This document shows positions 28,879 through 41,487 of a stretch of DNA of 64,000 nucleotides, one piece after another (the stretch's first letter is position 1; every line of letters starts with the position of its first letter). A model generated the notes under the pieces. The model saw only the letters and a program-made list of their open reading frames with translations, was not told where the DNA came from and made no database searches. Source of the stretch: Camelus ferus (taxonomy: Eukaryota); NCBI RefSeq assembly GCF_009834535.1, contig NC_045698.1, positions 7,814,001-7,878,000 of the forward strand. Direction: 5' to 3'. A program made the translations under genes and the position numbers.

Positions 28879-30039
28879 GAGGTAATTAATTCCACATTTT
28901 CAAAGTCAACAGACAAGGAGAAAATTATGCTAACCTCTTGAAATATCCAGCTATTTCTTCGTACAAGATCTTGGCAACTGTATTAAACAATCACATTAGA
29001 CATTTATGGTATGAGAGCTGAATTGTGGCACTTCCACTCTGAAAGCAGGACTTCCTTATGTTTAATTAGTCCCCAGGAAGTTTGAAATACTCTGCTCATT
29101 GTCTCCATAATGATACTTTCCACATAGATAAGAAATTATGATCTAGCATAAAATTCGCACTGTAGTCTTAATTAGCTTCAAATGTAATCCCTAAATCTTG
29201 CCTGGTGTTTCTTACCACACAGTTGGCTGCTTTTCTTTACTTGGTAAAGCTCCCCCGGGCACTGCAGCTCGAAAATGGTACGTGCGGAAACAACTTGTGC
29301 AAACCCAGCTAATGCATCAGAGACGCACATTCAACGAACGTCAACCCCTGGCCACGTGGGAGCAACGGGAAGGTCATCCCCGGAGTTCTGGGGGCAGTGG
29401 CCTCCAAACCAGGCCCTGCGCGCCCTGGGACTTCATGAACATTCGCCGAGGGAATGCTGAGCTTGGGGTTTTCAAGGAATCCATTTCCAGAGTCTCAGCT
29501 TCCCCGTGTCCTCTTACAACAAACCTGATCTGCCTGGAAACCTGTTGTGTGCACGTTCGCAGCTTCCCCGTCTCGCTGTACAGAACCTAGTCCACTCCCT
29601 CCCTGCTCCCAAGTGGCAGGCGTTCTCTGAGACCAAACCAAGGGTCTTGCACAGGGTTGGTGTCTGGGTTGAAAAGGAAACAACTCTAATGATGGGCAGT
29701 TCATCTTTTTTTTTTTTCCCCAAAGAGGCAAAAATAATATTTTATTCAAAAATAAAACTGACACATCCCTCTTACAAATATACCTAAGAAATCTGAACAC
29801 CACAGTTTAATATCCACCATCATCCTTTTCAATAATATGTAAGTTCTTCATTAATGTTAGAAATGATATATAATTACTGTTGCTTCTTGAACATTTGGCC
29901 ATTCCACATTCCCCAAGAAATGCACCTTGATTGATGTATTCTATACTTAAAAGCCTCTTACTGAACATTCTTTCCACATCCTTGGCAGCAGTTTATATTC
30001 CCAAAGAAGTTTCCCCTTCTTTACCTTCTCCAACATTGA

Positions 30040-30840
30040 AGGAGAACCTGCTCAGATCATCACCGACAGATAACTAAAAATAACTTCTGATGGTGGATCC
30101 TAGTGAGAATTTGAAATAAAACATGTAAGAAGTTGAAATAATCAGGTGGCATTGCTATGAAGAAAGATCTTTTATTCCCTTCACCTTATCTATGTAAGTG
30201 ATGTTCCTTGGTATTTAAATCTATAAACACACAAAAAGATGACAATAGAATGATACTGAATCCTGCTCATTCAAGCTATAAGTAATTTTAATTTTTGAAT
30301 ATTTGAATTTATTGGGATAAAAGGGCCCATCACCTAAGGGATTCATTTCAAATATAATTTTACTTTTTATATTTAAAAATTTTAATCAAGATGTATGATA
30401 CAGACATTTTGATCAATTATACCTACTAACAACTACAGTAACAACAATGCGTAAGACAATTTTAACTTAAAGCCTAATATGAGGAATATTTTAACAATAA
30501 ACTTTAATTTGTATATATTTTGTTTGCAGAAAGAATGTTCAATAAGAGACGTTTAAGCATAGAACATCTCAGTCAGGGTGAAATTCTTGGGGAATGTGGA
30601 ATGGCCACATGTTCGAGAAGCAACAGAAATTGTATATCATTTTTAACATTAATGAAGAAGTCACTTACATATTATTTAAAAGGATGATGGTGGACATTAA
30701 ACATTATGGTATTCAGATTTTTTTAGGTATATTTAAAAGAAGGATGTGTCAGTTTTATTTTTGAAATGCCCCACAGGGAACTACATCCTTGGCAACAGTT
30801 TACAGGGAACTACATTCTTGGCAACAGTTTATATTTAAAA
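30040..30840 (+). mobile_element. hAT-Charlie (Charlie7-like) transposon relic
   Basis: Decayed transposase C-terminus (A-M-K-K-D-L-L-F-P-S-P-Y-L-C near 30155-30196, compare hAT FPSTYLCE) followed by an AT-rich 3' region. Confidence 0.55.
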
Positions 30841-30847
30841 GTGTGAT

Positions 30848-31780
30848 TCTCTGCAGTAAAAGAAACCATCAATGAAATGAAAAGGCAGCCTACAGAATGG
30901 AGGAAAATACTTGCAAATTATGTATCTGATAAGGAGTTGTTATCTAAAATATATAAAGAACTCACACAACAACTAAAAAAAAAAAAAATCCATACAATCA
31001 GATTAAAAATGATCTGAACAGACATTTTTCCAAAGAAGACACCCAAATGGCCAATGAGTGCAAGAAAAGATGCTCAACTTCACTAATCATTGGGAAAATG
31101 CAAATTAAAACCATAATGAGACATTCCCTCCCATCTGTTAGAATGGCTAGTAACAGAAAGACAAGTGTTGGGGAGGATGTGGAGGAAAAGGGGTCCTTGT
31201 GCACTGCCGGTGGGGATGTAAACTGGTACAGCCACATGGAAAACAGTATGGAGGTTCCTTAAAAATTAAAAAGATAATTATCATACGATCCAGCAATTCC
31301 ACTTCTGGCTATTTAAGGGGAAGAAAATCACTGTCTCAGAAAGATACCTGCACCTCCATGGTCACTGCAGCATTATTTATGACAGCCAGTACACAGGAGC
31401 AACCTAAGTGTTGGTGGTTGAATGGATCAAGAAAATGTGATACACACAATAGAATATTATTCAGCCATAAAAAGAAGCAAATTCTGTCATACGGATGGAC
31501 TTTGAGGGCATTACAAAAAGTAAAATCAGTCAGAGAAAGACAATTACTGTATGATCTCACTTACATGTGAAATCTAAAAAAAAAAAAAAACAAAAAAAAA
31601 AACAAAACAAACCCAACAAACCAAACACACACACACACACACACACAACACCCAAACTCAGATACAGAGAACAGATTGGTGGTTGCCAGAGGTGGGGGCA
31701 TCAGGGAAATGGATGAAGGTGGTCACAAGGTACACACTTGTAGTTATAAGATGAGTAAGTCCTGGAGATATAAAAAAACA
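30848..31780 (+). mobile_element. L1 (L1MA-like) ORF2 end and 3' UTR with A/CA microsatellite
   Basis: gacatttttccaaagaagac, [19 protein letters not shown], gtaaactggtacagccac, tagttataagatgagtaagtcctggaga. Confidence 0.9.
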
Positions 31781-31817
31781 TGAGAGGGATTAAATAGTTC
31801 TCTAAAAAGGAAAAATA

Positions 31818-32668
31818 TGTGGCAGAGCCCTGCATCAGTAGTTCCATTAATAATCTGCAATCACTGATTTATCAATAAACTTACAGACCCCTCCTCCAGC
31901 CTGCGTGGTCAAACCTGTAAAGGCGATTACCAAGCACGAGGGGAGATCAGACCCAGGAAATGCCAGGAGCAGCAGGAAAACAGAATAAATTGACTTCAGA
32001 ACTTCAAGGAGAAGAGAATAGACCATCCTCATGTCCTGTTGCCCCTCTAAGTAATGACCCTGGCTTGATTCAGCCCAGTTATGGGGCTAATCTTGTATTA
32101 CTGCTCTTTTTTTATTGAGATATAGTTGATGTACAATATTATATAAGCTACAGGTGCACAACACAGTGAGTCACAATTTTTAAAGGTCATACTCCATTCA
32201 TAGTTATTATAAAATATTGGCTGTCGTCCCTGTGTTGTGCAATATATCCTTGTAGCTTATTTATTTTATCGGGCAGTAGAGAGACGGGCCTGAGCTGACC
32301 TGACCCACCGCTTATTATAATGTAACTAGCCCCGTGGTTTAGACCACAGTGCGATTTTCTATACGCACCGTGGGCAAGGACATGCACAAGAAGGAAAAAG
32401 TTATATAACCTACACGCGCCACTCAGATGATGTCAGCTATCAAGTTAGCTTCAGGCAGCCCCTAGGCAACCACACAAAAGAAACGGGGACTGGGAGGGGG
32501 TGGGGGTCGCTGTTTTCCTCTCTTGGATCAGCCCGCCTTCAGTTCCTGAAGCTGTACTTTTGCTTTGCTAATAAAATCCTAATTACACAACTCTTTCGTC
32601 TCCTGTCTGAATTCTTCTTTTTTGGGCAAGATAAGAACCGAGGCCTTTTTTCCCTTTCTGCGGTAACA
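31818..32668 (+). mobile_element. ERV LTR interrupted by an antisense L1 tail (32107-32270); 5' boundary uncertain
   Basis: LTR-like 3' half with aataaa (about 32570), gaattcttc...aagataagaacc and a ...ggtaaca terminus; CpG retained. Confidence 0.6.
32107..32270 (-). mobile_element. L1 3' end fragment
   Basis: Poly-T, tattgagatatagttgatgtacaatattatataag, tagttattataaaatattggct. Confidence 0.88.
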
Positions 32669-33116
32669 CAATGATCTAAAATCAAACTTCTCTTATCAAA
32701 GCAAACCAGAAGTGCAGTATTCTTCCTAAAAGTTCTGCAGAATACTTAGAGAGGCAGGTAATGAATTCATCAAGTCAAGAGTCGAGTCTGGATCCATTTC
32801 AAATCCACTCGCTGGACTAGCAGATTTGTTTGTCTAGTTAGACTAACTGGCATTCTAGGTAGTTGCTGCTTGTTTACTCCGCATCCAGTTGAACTGGAGC
32901 ACTCAGCTGCCTTCCAGAGCCCCTGGGAGCAGGTGGCTTGCAGACGAAGCAGTGGGGGCCACACCGTGGGTGTTACTGTCATTAGTACTGTCTCCTGTCG
33001 GCAGTTTTCCTCCACTTCCCCAACACTGCTCTCCAAGCATCACTCTCATTTCAAACCCCCATATCCTCCGCTCCATCCCAGCCTACAGTCAGCCAGCTCA
33101 GTTGGGGTGATCACGG

Positions 33117-33774
33117 TGAGACAGGAGGGAAGTGGGCAGGGCACAGCCATTCAAGGAATGACAGCAATTAACACCAAAATGGCAGAAGATTCAACCCTCA
33201 CTAGGCCTTGAGGATTAAGACGGCAGGAGATTTGACTTCTAGTAGACCTTGAGCTTCATTATACGCCCATTATAATATATTAACATGGTGAATAACATGC
33301 CCACAGGCGCCATGACAGCTCCAAGGCTAACCACAAAAGGTCAAAGAGTGGGCGGTGGACCGATTCCTGGGAATCCCAGCCCCTGCCCCAGGGTAGCTGC
33401 AATAATCCTCCCACTTGTAAGCATGGAGTTACCGAGCCCATTAAAAACTGGCAACACCACGCCTCGTGGCCACCTTTCTCGTTCCCTCCTCTTCGAAGAC
33501 AGCCACAGTCTGTTTATGGAGTGTGTACCTACTTTTACTTCAACCTGAGCACCCAACCCCCACACCTCATGGCCTTTCTCTTGCCTTTTGAAGCAGCCCA
33601 CACTCTATGCAGTATGTATCTCTAAATAAATCTGCCTTTACTCAACTGTGGCTCGCTCTTGAATTCGCTCCTGCGTGAAGCCAAGGACCCACACTTGGCG
33701 GGGCACATCCCAGGGTCTCAACCGAGATCTGGGACACGCCATCCTCATGCCCCACAACCATTTTTCCTGCGTCA
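33117..33774 (+). mobile_element. MER41-like ERV1 LTR (copy 1)
   Basis: TGAGACAGGAGG start, ccatgacag, taatcctcccac, aataaa, gctcgctcttgaattc, ttcctgcgtCA end. Confidence 0.75.
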
Positions 33775-35229
33775 CTGGGAGCCAGCTGGGAAATCGAAAA
33801 GCAGCGTGGCTGGACGTGCTGTCTTCAGTCAACGTGGGAAGAAGACAAAACCTGACCCAGTCCGTCCTTTCCCATCTGCACCTAATCACCGTGGATGCAA
33901 TCATGTTTACGCGTCTGAGGTCACTGACCCGTTTACGATGGGCTTTGTTGCAAGTTGTACTTAATTACTGAATACTCAGCATTCATTGTTTGCTGCTCAT
34001 AGATCGTTACTATCCAACTGAGCAGCACAGGCACATGCTTACCGTTTAAAATGTTGATCCAGGGAGGCCCTGTACTTTGCAATTCAAATGTGCTTAGCTA
34101 GTTCTAGTCCTTTGCCTAATGGGAAGTAGGTAGCTGAACAGCTCCTCTATTCCCCCCTGTAATGATGCTTCAGAAACAATACCCTCTTCTTCACTCAACA
34201 AATACCTCTGTCAATATTCATCACCTACCCTGCCTCTTTTTATTCACTACCTCTTCTCCCCCAGTCTGGACCAATAGTGAGAACTGGTGAGAACGGGGTA
34301 CAATTCCAGTACTGCTCCTCTGGGTGAGTGTCACAGCTAAGTGACACTAAGTATCACTAAGCTAAGGTGATGCTTAACGCTAGGATATACAGTACCAGGG
34401 CAAGTGAGGAATGTTCAATGAGGCCAACAAAATTACTCCTTGGGTATTCTCACTGTCTGACAGTGCTTAGGTCAGTAGATTAGCATCCTGCCAAAAAAAA
34501 GGTCATACGTTCGATCCTCAAGGCAATCTCGCTGTAGCCGGTGAAGCCTCCACACCAAACGTCCAGGACTCCAGATTCAGAAGCACCTTAAAGCACACCC
34601 CGCCTAGCATCACCTCTGCACACCAAAAACACACTTTTGAAACCATTCAGGCCTAGGTACACGGTAGCAGCGAGAACAGTGTATCTGGGAAGTGATAAGT
34701 GGCTTTAGTTCAAGAGCAGCAGCTCTCAGAAAGGTAAGGCTAGTACCGCCCGGTGCTGTTGAAGGATGGCTGTGAGGCAGGGTTATGTCTCGAAGTATTA
34801 ACTTGTATATTTTGTTTATTTTTCTTCTGCTTCGCTTGCTCATTGGTACCCTGAGGGGATTTTTTTTCCTTCCTTAACCCACACCCAGGCAGAGACACAA
34901 TCTCAGAGGATCCACGGGCCTGAGTAGTAGAGGGAACATCTGGATGCTGCTTGAAGAATCAGTTTCAGGTTCCAAAGATCAGCTGAGTCTGGAGCCGTGG
35001 GAAGGTGTACCGGGGGAAGAGCAGAGCCTCCAGGGCTCCCATCTAAGCCTGCTGGACACTGGCAGGCTTCCCAGGTGCGGGGGAACTCAGACACCCTGAG
35101 TGGGGAAGGACGTGTCAACGGGAAACGCTGCCTCCATCAGAACAATTCAGACGGTCTCAGTAGCCTTCCCAGCACTGAACTCTACTGTCAGTCTTAGATT
35201 TGCATTTGATGCTTTCAACAAGCTTTTTA

Positions 35230-35673
35230 TGAGACAGGAGGGAAGGCAGCAGGGCACAACCACTGAAGGAATGACACAGCCATCGAGGACAGGACAAACT
35301 GGTTAGAACCAAGAGGGCAGAAGATTCAACTTCCAGTAGACCTAGAGCCTCAGGGCACACCCACAGGTGCCATGACAGTTCCTAGCTGACCATAAAAGGT
35401 CAAAAAGTAGGTGGGGCCCAATTCCTGGAAATCCCCACCCCTTCCCCAAAGTAGCTGGAATAATCCTCTTACTGGTCAGCATATGAAATTACTAGGCCCA
35501 CAGAAGCTAACAACCCTGCGTCTCATGGTCGCGCTCTCTCCTGCCTCCCGAGGCAGCCCGCACGCACTCTGTCTATGGGGTGTGTGTCTCCCGGAATAAA
35601 CTTACTTTCACTTTACTGTGCCTCACTCTTGAATTCCTTTCTGCACGAGGCAAGAATTTATTTTCTGGCAACA
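35230..35673 (+). mobile_element. MER41-like ERV1 solo LTR (copy 2) with 4-bp TSD TTTA
   Basis: TG...CA termini; TTTA at 35226-35229 and 35674-35677; homologous to the LTR at 33117. Confidence 0.82.
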
Positions 35674-36169
35674 TTTACACTCATCCTCTTGATTAAATTA
35701 GTCTTTAAACATAAAGAGCTTTATTAAGCAGAAGGGTAAAGTCAGAACCCTTTGCCAGACTGAAGAGACTCAAGACAGCTTCATGAAAGTGTGTGTTATG
35801 AAAGATGATTCTGAAACAGGCAGCTAATGCCCACTTGATATTCGTACTATGTATAAATATATTTGCAAGAATTCCTGCTTTGTTTTGACTGTAGATACCA
35901 ATGCCATTAATGGCAGTGTTAATGGAAATCAGCTATTTCAAAGCCATTACCCATCACATACAATAATGTAAGGAGGAAGTCTGAATCAGAGTGCTGGAGA
36001 AAATTTCTGTGTCTGTCGCAATCAAAGAAATGGAATATTTCAGAGAAAAATACTCACAGAAAATAATGACTTCACATTTAGACTGTAGTCATAAAAAATT
36101 TCAAAATTGGCAGAAGTTTTCCAGGAGACTAGGAGGCTGTTTTTGTTTATGATGGGCCATACAGAGCTC

Positions 36170-36305
36170 TAAGGCAGCAGTTCTCAACCTTGGCTAGATA
36201 TTACAGCCCCCCAGGGAGCTTAAAAATAAGTGCTAATAATTGAGCATCTCAGGGGATGGGTTTGGGCGATTCCAATATACAACTGAATCAAGAATCGTGT
36301 TCTAA
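36170..36305. mobile_element. MER5-like hAT fragment
   Basis: cagcagttctcaaccttggct...cagggagctt...atctcaggggatggg. Confidence 0.55.
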
Positions 36306-37339
36306 AAAAATGTTTCTCATCTGCTTTGGTTTACATATGAAAAATAAGGTGTGGAGCTCTATTTTTAGGGGCGTAGTGGAGGTGGTGTTCAAGGTGAGGA
36401 AGGAGGTTGAGGGTAGGTCCGTATATCTCATTTGTCCAACATGCTATGCTATAAGTTATTGCTGCAAACCAAAAATGACAATGAGAATCTGGTTGCTGAA
36501 ACCACAATATTATGACTTCAACCTATTGTGCATTCGAATAAAAGCTAGTAAGTATGCCAGATGCCAGAACAGCCCCGTTCTGGGGGTTCCAATGGCAAAT
36601 GATGAAGACACTTCCCTTGCTCCTCTGGAGCTCAGAACACCTAGCAGAATGGTGCAACACCTCCCCGGGGCTGTCATCACATTCACACGCTGCCAGGCAT
36701 TCTCAGGACTCTCAAAAGAAGCACAAAAAGAGAAAACAGAGAAAGATACTTTTCTTGTTCCTAAAGAGCTGTCAGCTCGGCCGAGGAGATGACGCTATTA
36801 CATCTGAAGCATCATGCACTCACATGGGTCTTGCATACAGTATTTCTTATGTGCTAAATTTGGGGGGATACGTTGATAAATATGAAAGCGTTCGAACAGA
36901 GCACAAAGTTAAAGAGCTTTGTAAAAGGGTGGAACCTGAATTTGTCTTGGAGGATGGGTAAGGAGTGGGTAGGAAAGGAGGTGAGAGAGCAGCTGTGGGT
37001 GGTGCGGGACAGAACGGCTGCAGTGGGGGGAGAAGGTAAGGGCAGGGACACTTGGGAAGAGAGCCCAACAGGAAGGACGGCTGTGAACTCAGAAACAGTG
37101 AGTATTGGTAAGTATTGAGGCTGGACAGAAACAGCGAAAGTAAAATGATTTAAGGTCTGGAAAATGTACGTTGTGCAGGGATCTTAACATCTCCTTTGAC
37201 TCAGAAACTGATCACTGGGCTGTGATGCACAGAGAAATCTCTGGAATCTGTAGGTGCTCAGCTTCCAAGCCCAACTGTAGGTTGAATACTGATCATGCTT
37301 GAATTTGAATTCAGGGGTACAAACTGAATTTAAGTGAAG

Positions 37340-37790
37340 CCCAGACAGCTAAAATATGTCCTAGATGGACTCAGCCCTCCACCTTAGCCACCCAATAGAA
37401 GAAATGGGGTGTCTTTTTTTGGAGGTATGTCTTATCTACTTCAGTCAATTCTAATATTTTAACACACAATGTCTAGCATAAATAACAAATCACAAGACAC
37501 GCAAAGAAGTAGGAAAATGTGGCCAAAAATTAGGAGAAACGATAGTCAATGCAGGCAGATTTCACAAGTTATCCAGACATTAGAATAAGCAGACAAGGAT
37601 TTTATCTGTGAATATGTATGTTAAATATCTAGTGGAGAAATGGACAACATGCATGACAAAAAATGAACAAATTCAGCAGAGAAAGGGACACTATAAGAAG
37701 AACCAAATGGAACTGTAGAACTGGAAAATACAATGTCAGAAATACAGGCTTTATATGATGGGCTTTACAGAAGACTGACCCAGGGCAGAG
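37340..37790 (+). mobile_element. Old L1ME-like fragment
   Basis: cacaagacacgcaaagaagtaggaaaatgtg...agaataagcagacaagga...tagaactggaaaatacaatgtcagaaat. Confidence 0.6.
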
Positions 37791-38809
37791 CCTTGAGGTG
37801 GAGTGGAAGAGAAAGAGCAAAGGGAAAGAAAGAGAAGAAAGAAAACTAGGGAAGTTTTATCTTAGAAACCAAGACACATGACTATTTCAGATGCTTCTGG
37901 ACAGTTCCAGTAAGATTAGAAGAGACACCTGCCCCTACTAGGAAGCATGGAGACTCTGGAAGGGGCCTTAATACAAACTGTTTTATTGAAGAAAAAAATC
38001 AGGCAGTAGAGTTCATTTTGTGTCATTCACATTATGAAAAACACTGCATACTCCTCAACTGGAGGACTTCACGAAGACCAGGGTGGCAGATTTTGGGGTG
38101 GAAGCTCAGGAAGGGTGAGAAGGACAAAGCAACCAGGTAGGAAGCCATGAGCAGGACCTGGACCCACCACGCTTCAGGCTGAAACTGAAAAGTGAAACAC
38201 ACATGAAGAGTAAGGAAGTTAAGAAACTCCCTGAAGAAGTATCAGCAAGACTTCGTGATGGATTGGCCGTCTAAGGATGAAGAAAAGAAAGAAAGAAAGA
38301 AAAAAAAAAACAAAGTGTCTGTCCATTTCTATCACTGGAAAAATGGGGGCAAGTGAAAACTCAGGGTTTGGGTTAATATTTGAGGAGTGAAAGAGAGGGT
38401 AACTTGAAAGTTCAACCTTTTGAGTTTCAGATAAAATGACAGAGTGCAGATGACCCTTACTGGGCTGTGCAGGTGGGAGGCCTGTCTTGGGCAGAAGTTC
38501 TAAATTGTTTCATGGCATATATAGGAAATCCTAGTACCTGTAATGTGTCCTGGGGGCTACAGATCCAGGTGCTTGCTCCCCAAGCCTTCCCGAGGGCTGA
38601 GGGCATCAGAGTTTCAGCACACGTGTGACCCATTTGTGGTACACTGTGTGGGGAACACTGGTCTAAGGAAGTGAACTGAGGCCTGTTCTCTGCGGTGTCC
38701 CCTGTGGACCTGGGACACGGTGGCACTCCATAACTATTTACTTGTGAGAGAAGCCTGTGGGTCGTCTCTCACACCCTCTATTCTAACATTTTAAGAGAAA
38801 TAAGGTCAC

Positions 38810-39660
38810 TAAATAGACATTTCTCCAAAGAAGCTATACAGATGGCCAAACACATGAAAAGATGTTCCACATCACTAATTATTAGAGAAATGCAAAGCAA
38901 AACTACAATGAGGTGTCCCCTCACACTGGTCAGAATGGCCACCATCACAAAGTCTATAAATAATTAATGCTGGAGAGGATATGGAGAAAAGGGGACCCTT
39001 CTACACTGTTGGTGGGAATGTAATTTGGTGCAGCCACCATGGAGAACAGTATGGAGGTTCCTTAAAAAACTAAAAAAAGACTTATGATCCAGCAATCCCA
39101 CTCCTGGGCATATATCCAGAAAAGATGAAAACTCTAATTTGAAAAGACACATGCACCCCAATGTTCACAGCAGCACTACTTAAAATAGCCAAGACACGGA
39201 ACATATGTACACACACCACTACTCAGCCATAAGAAAGAATGAAATAATGTCATTTGCAGCAACATGGATGCACCTACAGATTATCAAACTAAGTGAAGTC
39301 AATCAGAGAAAGACAACGATTATATGATATCACTTGTGTGTGGAATCTAAAAAATGATACCAATAGACTTATTTACAAAACAGAAACAGACTCACAAGAC
39401 ATAGAAAACAAACTTACATTTAGCAAAGGGGAAGATGGGGGAGGGATAAATTAGGAATATGGGATTATCAGACACACACGACTATATATAAAGTAGATTA
39501 AAAAAACAGGTCCTACTGTATAGCACAGAGGACTATATTCATTATCTTGTAATAACCTATAATGGAAAAGAATCTGAAAAAATATATATAACGGAATCAC
39601 TTTGCTATACACCTGAAACGAACACAATATTGTAAACCAGTTATACTTCAATGAAAAAAG
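38810..39660 (+). mobile_element. L1 ORF2 end and 3' UTR (cetartiodactyl type)
   Basis: aaatagacatttctccaaagaag, ctacactgttggtgggaatg, ctgtatagcacag, tacttcaatgaaaaaa. Confidence 0.92.
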
Positions 39661-40565
39661 TAGATTAGCAAGCCCCCCACCCCCACAAAAAAAGTAATGA
39701 AGTCACTTGAAATAGATCTGCCTCTCACACAGACACTGGGCATTATTAGTCTGTGGAGTTAATAGTCACTTCAAAAGTTTAACACTATTTTCCATTTCAT
39801 AGCTGTGACTTTCCTTTCTGATGAGTAAATTAAACGATTCAGGTCTGCAAGTGAGGACCATGGGAATTTCTTATCGTTTGATCTGTCTTGCACACTGAAT
39901 ACCCTCTACTATTGATGCTGGAATATGAGTGACTTAATTAAAAGCAACACGTTGCACATTACCATATGCCCGCACCAGCCTGGTCTGTAGGAGCTCTAGT
40001 CCAGTGGTCTACATTAAACAAGCAGGATGAGGCACCTTAAGAAACAAGTCACTCGTCTTTTTATCATTCTACTCCAAGGCCATTATTTGACCTGACATCA
40101 TTCAAAGATATAATACACAAAACTGAATAGGGAAATTTCATTTTAAATTTGGAAAAAACAGGTTTTTCTCACAGGCAGTACATTTTCAAGAATTTTCTTC
40201 ATTATTAAGAGAAGAAATCTCTGAATTTCAGCTAAGCGTCTCCAAAGAACTTGTAGGACATTTTGATGAGAGGCTGCTGGGAACTGCTTGGTTCTTTGCC
40301 TCACCTCTCCTCTTTGATCCCAGTCTGGAAGGATGGACAGATGAGCTTTTTTCTTCTCAGAGCATCTCAAGAAGCAGCTTGCTGCTTCTCAAGGGATCTT
40401 ACTTGTGTCATCTCACAGACTGGCACCCAAGCTCCTGGCTGCAGGCAAGGCGCCTGCTAGTGGGGCTGTACCTCCAGGTCCCCAGCTCTTCTGGGGCTTG
40501 CTGTGAACCCCCAGTTCTTCCCTGCTCTGCATTCCCTCAAAATCCAGCATAATAAATGCAATCAA

Positions 40566-41487
40566 GCAATTCTCCAATGAAGACATATGAGTGACCAATA
40601 GGCATATGAAAAAATGCTCAGTATCACTAACTATCAGAGAAATGCAAGTCAAAACTACAATGAGGTATCACCTCACACCAGTCAGAATGGCCGTCATTCT
40701 AAACTGCACAAATGACAAATGCTGGAGAGGCTGTGGAGAAAAGGGAACCCTCCTAACTGTTGGTGGGAATGTAGTTTGGTGCAGCCATTGTGGAAAACAG
40801 TACGGGGATTCCTCAAAAGACTAGAAATAGACCTCCCCTATGACCCAGCAATCCCACTCCTGGGCATATGTCCAGAGGGAACTCTAATTCAAAAAGACAC
40901 CTGCACCCCAATGTTTATAGCAGCACTATTTACCACAGCCAAGACATGGAAACAACCTAAATATCCATGGACAGATGACTGGATAAAGAAGTTGTGGTAT
41001 ATTTATACAATGGAATACTACTCAGCCATAAAAAAGAATAAAATAATGCCATTTGCAGCAACATGGATGGCCCTGGAGAACATCATTCTAAGTGAAGTTA
41101 AGCCAGAAGGAGAAAGAAAAACACCGTAGGAGATCACTCATATGTAGAATCTAAAAAATAAAAGGACAAATGAACTTATATATAAAACAGAAACAGACTC
41201 ACAGACATAGAATACAGACTTGTGGCTGCCAGGGATAGGGGGGTGGGAAAGGAGAAACAGACAGTTTGAGATTTGCAGATACTGACAGGTATATATAAAA
41301 TAGATACACAAGTTCATACTGTATAGCACAGGGAAATATATTCAATATCTTGTAGTAGCTTATGGTGAAAAAGAATATGAAAATGAATGTATGTTTGTTC
41401 ATGTATGACTGAAGCATTGTGCTGTACATCAGAAATTCACACAACATTGTAAACTGACTACCCCTCAATAAAAAAAGAAAATAAATA
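40566..41487 (+). mobile_element. Relatively young 5'-truncated L1 with perfect 15-bp TSD
   Basis: ORF2p cysteine-rich C-terminus ([10 protein letters not shown].../[13 protein letters not shown]...YYSAIKKNK) split by a frameshift; TSD aataaatgcaatcaa at 40551-40565 and 41488-41502. Confidence 0.95.

Noticed and set aside
33117..35673. Single provirus with 5' and 3' LTRs
   Set aside because: The LTRs differ in length and sequence, LTR2 has its own TSD and no polypurine tract, and there is no gag/pol/env between them. A weak PBS-like tgggagccagctggga after LTR1 is not enough.
36256..36961. Overlapping 178-aa and 135-aa plus-strand ORFs
   Set aside because: Overlap decayed repeat fragments; no domain signal.
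40591..41129. ORFs resembling a real protein
   Set aside because: Frameshifted L1 ORF2p C-terminus in a truncated copy, not a host gene.
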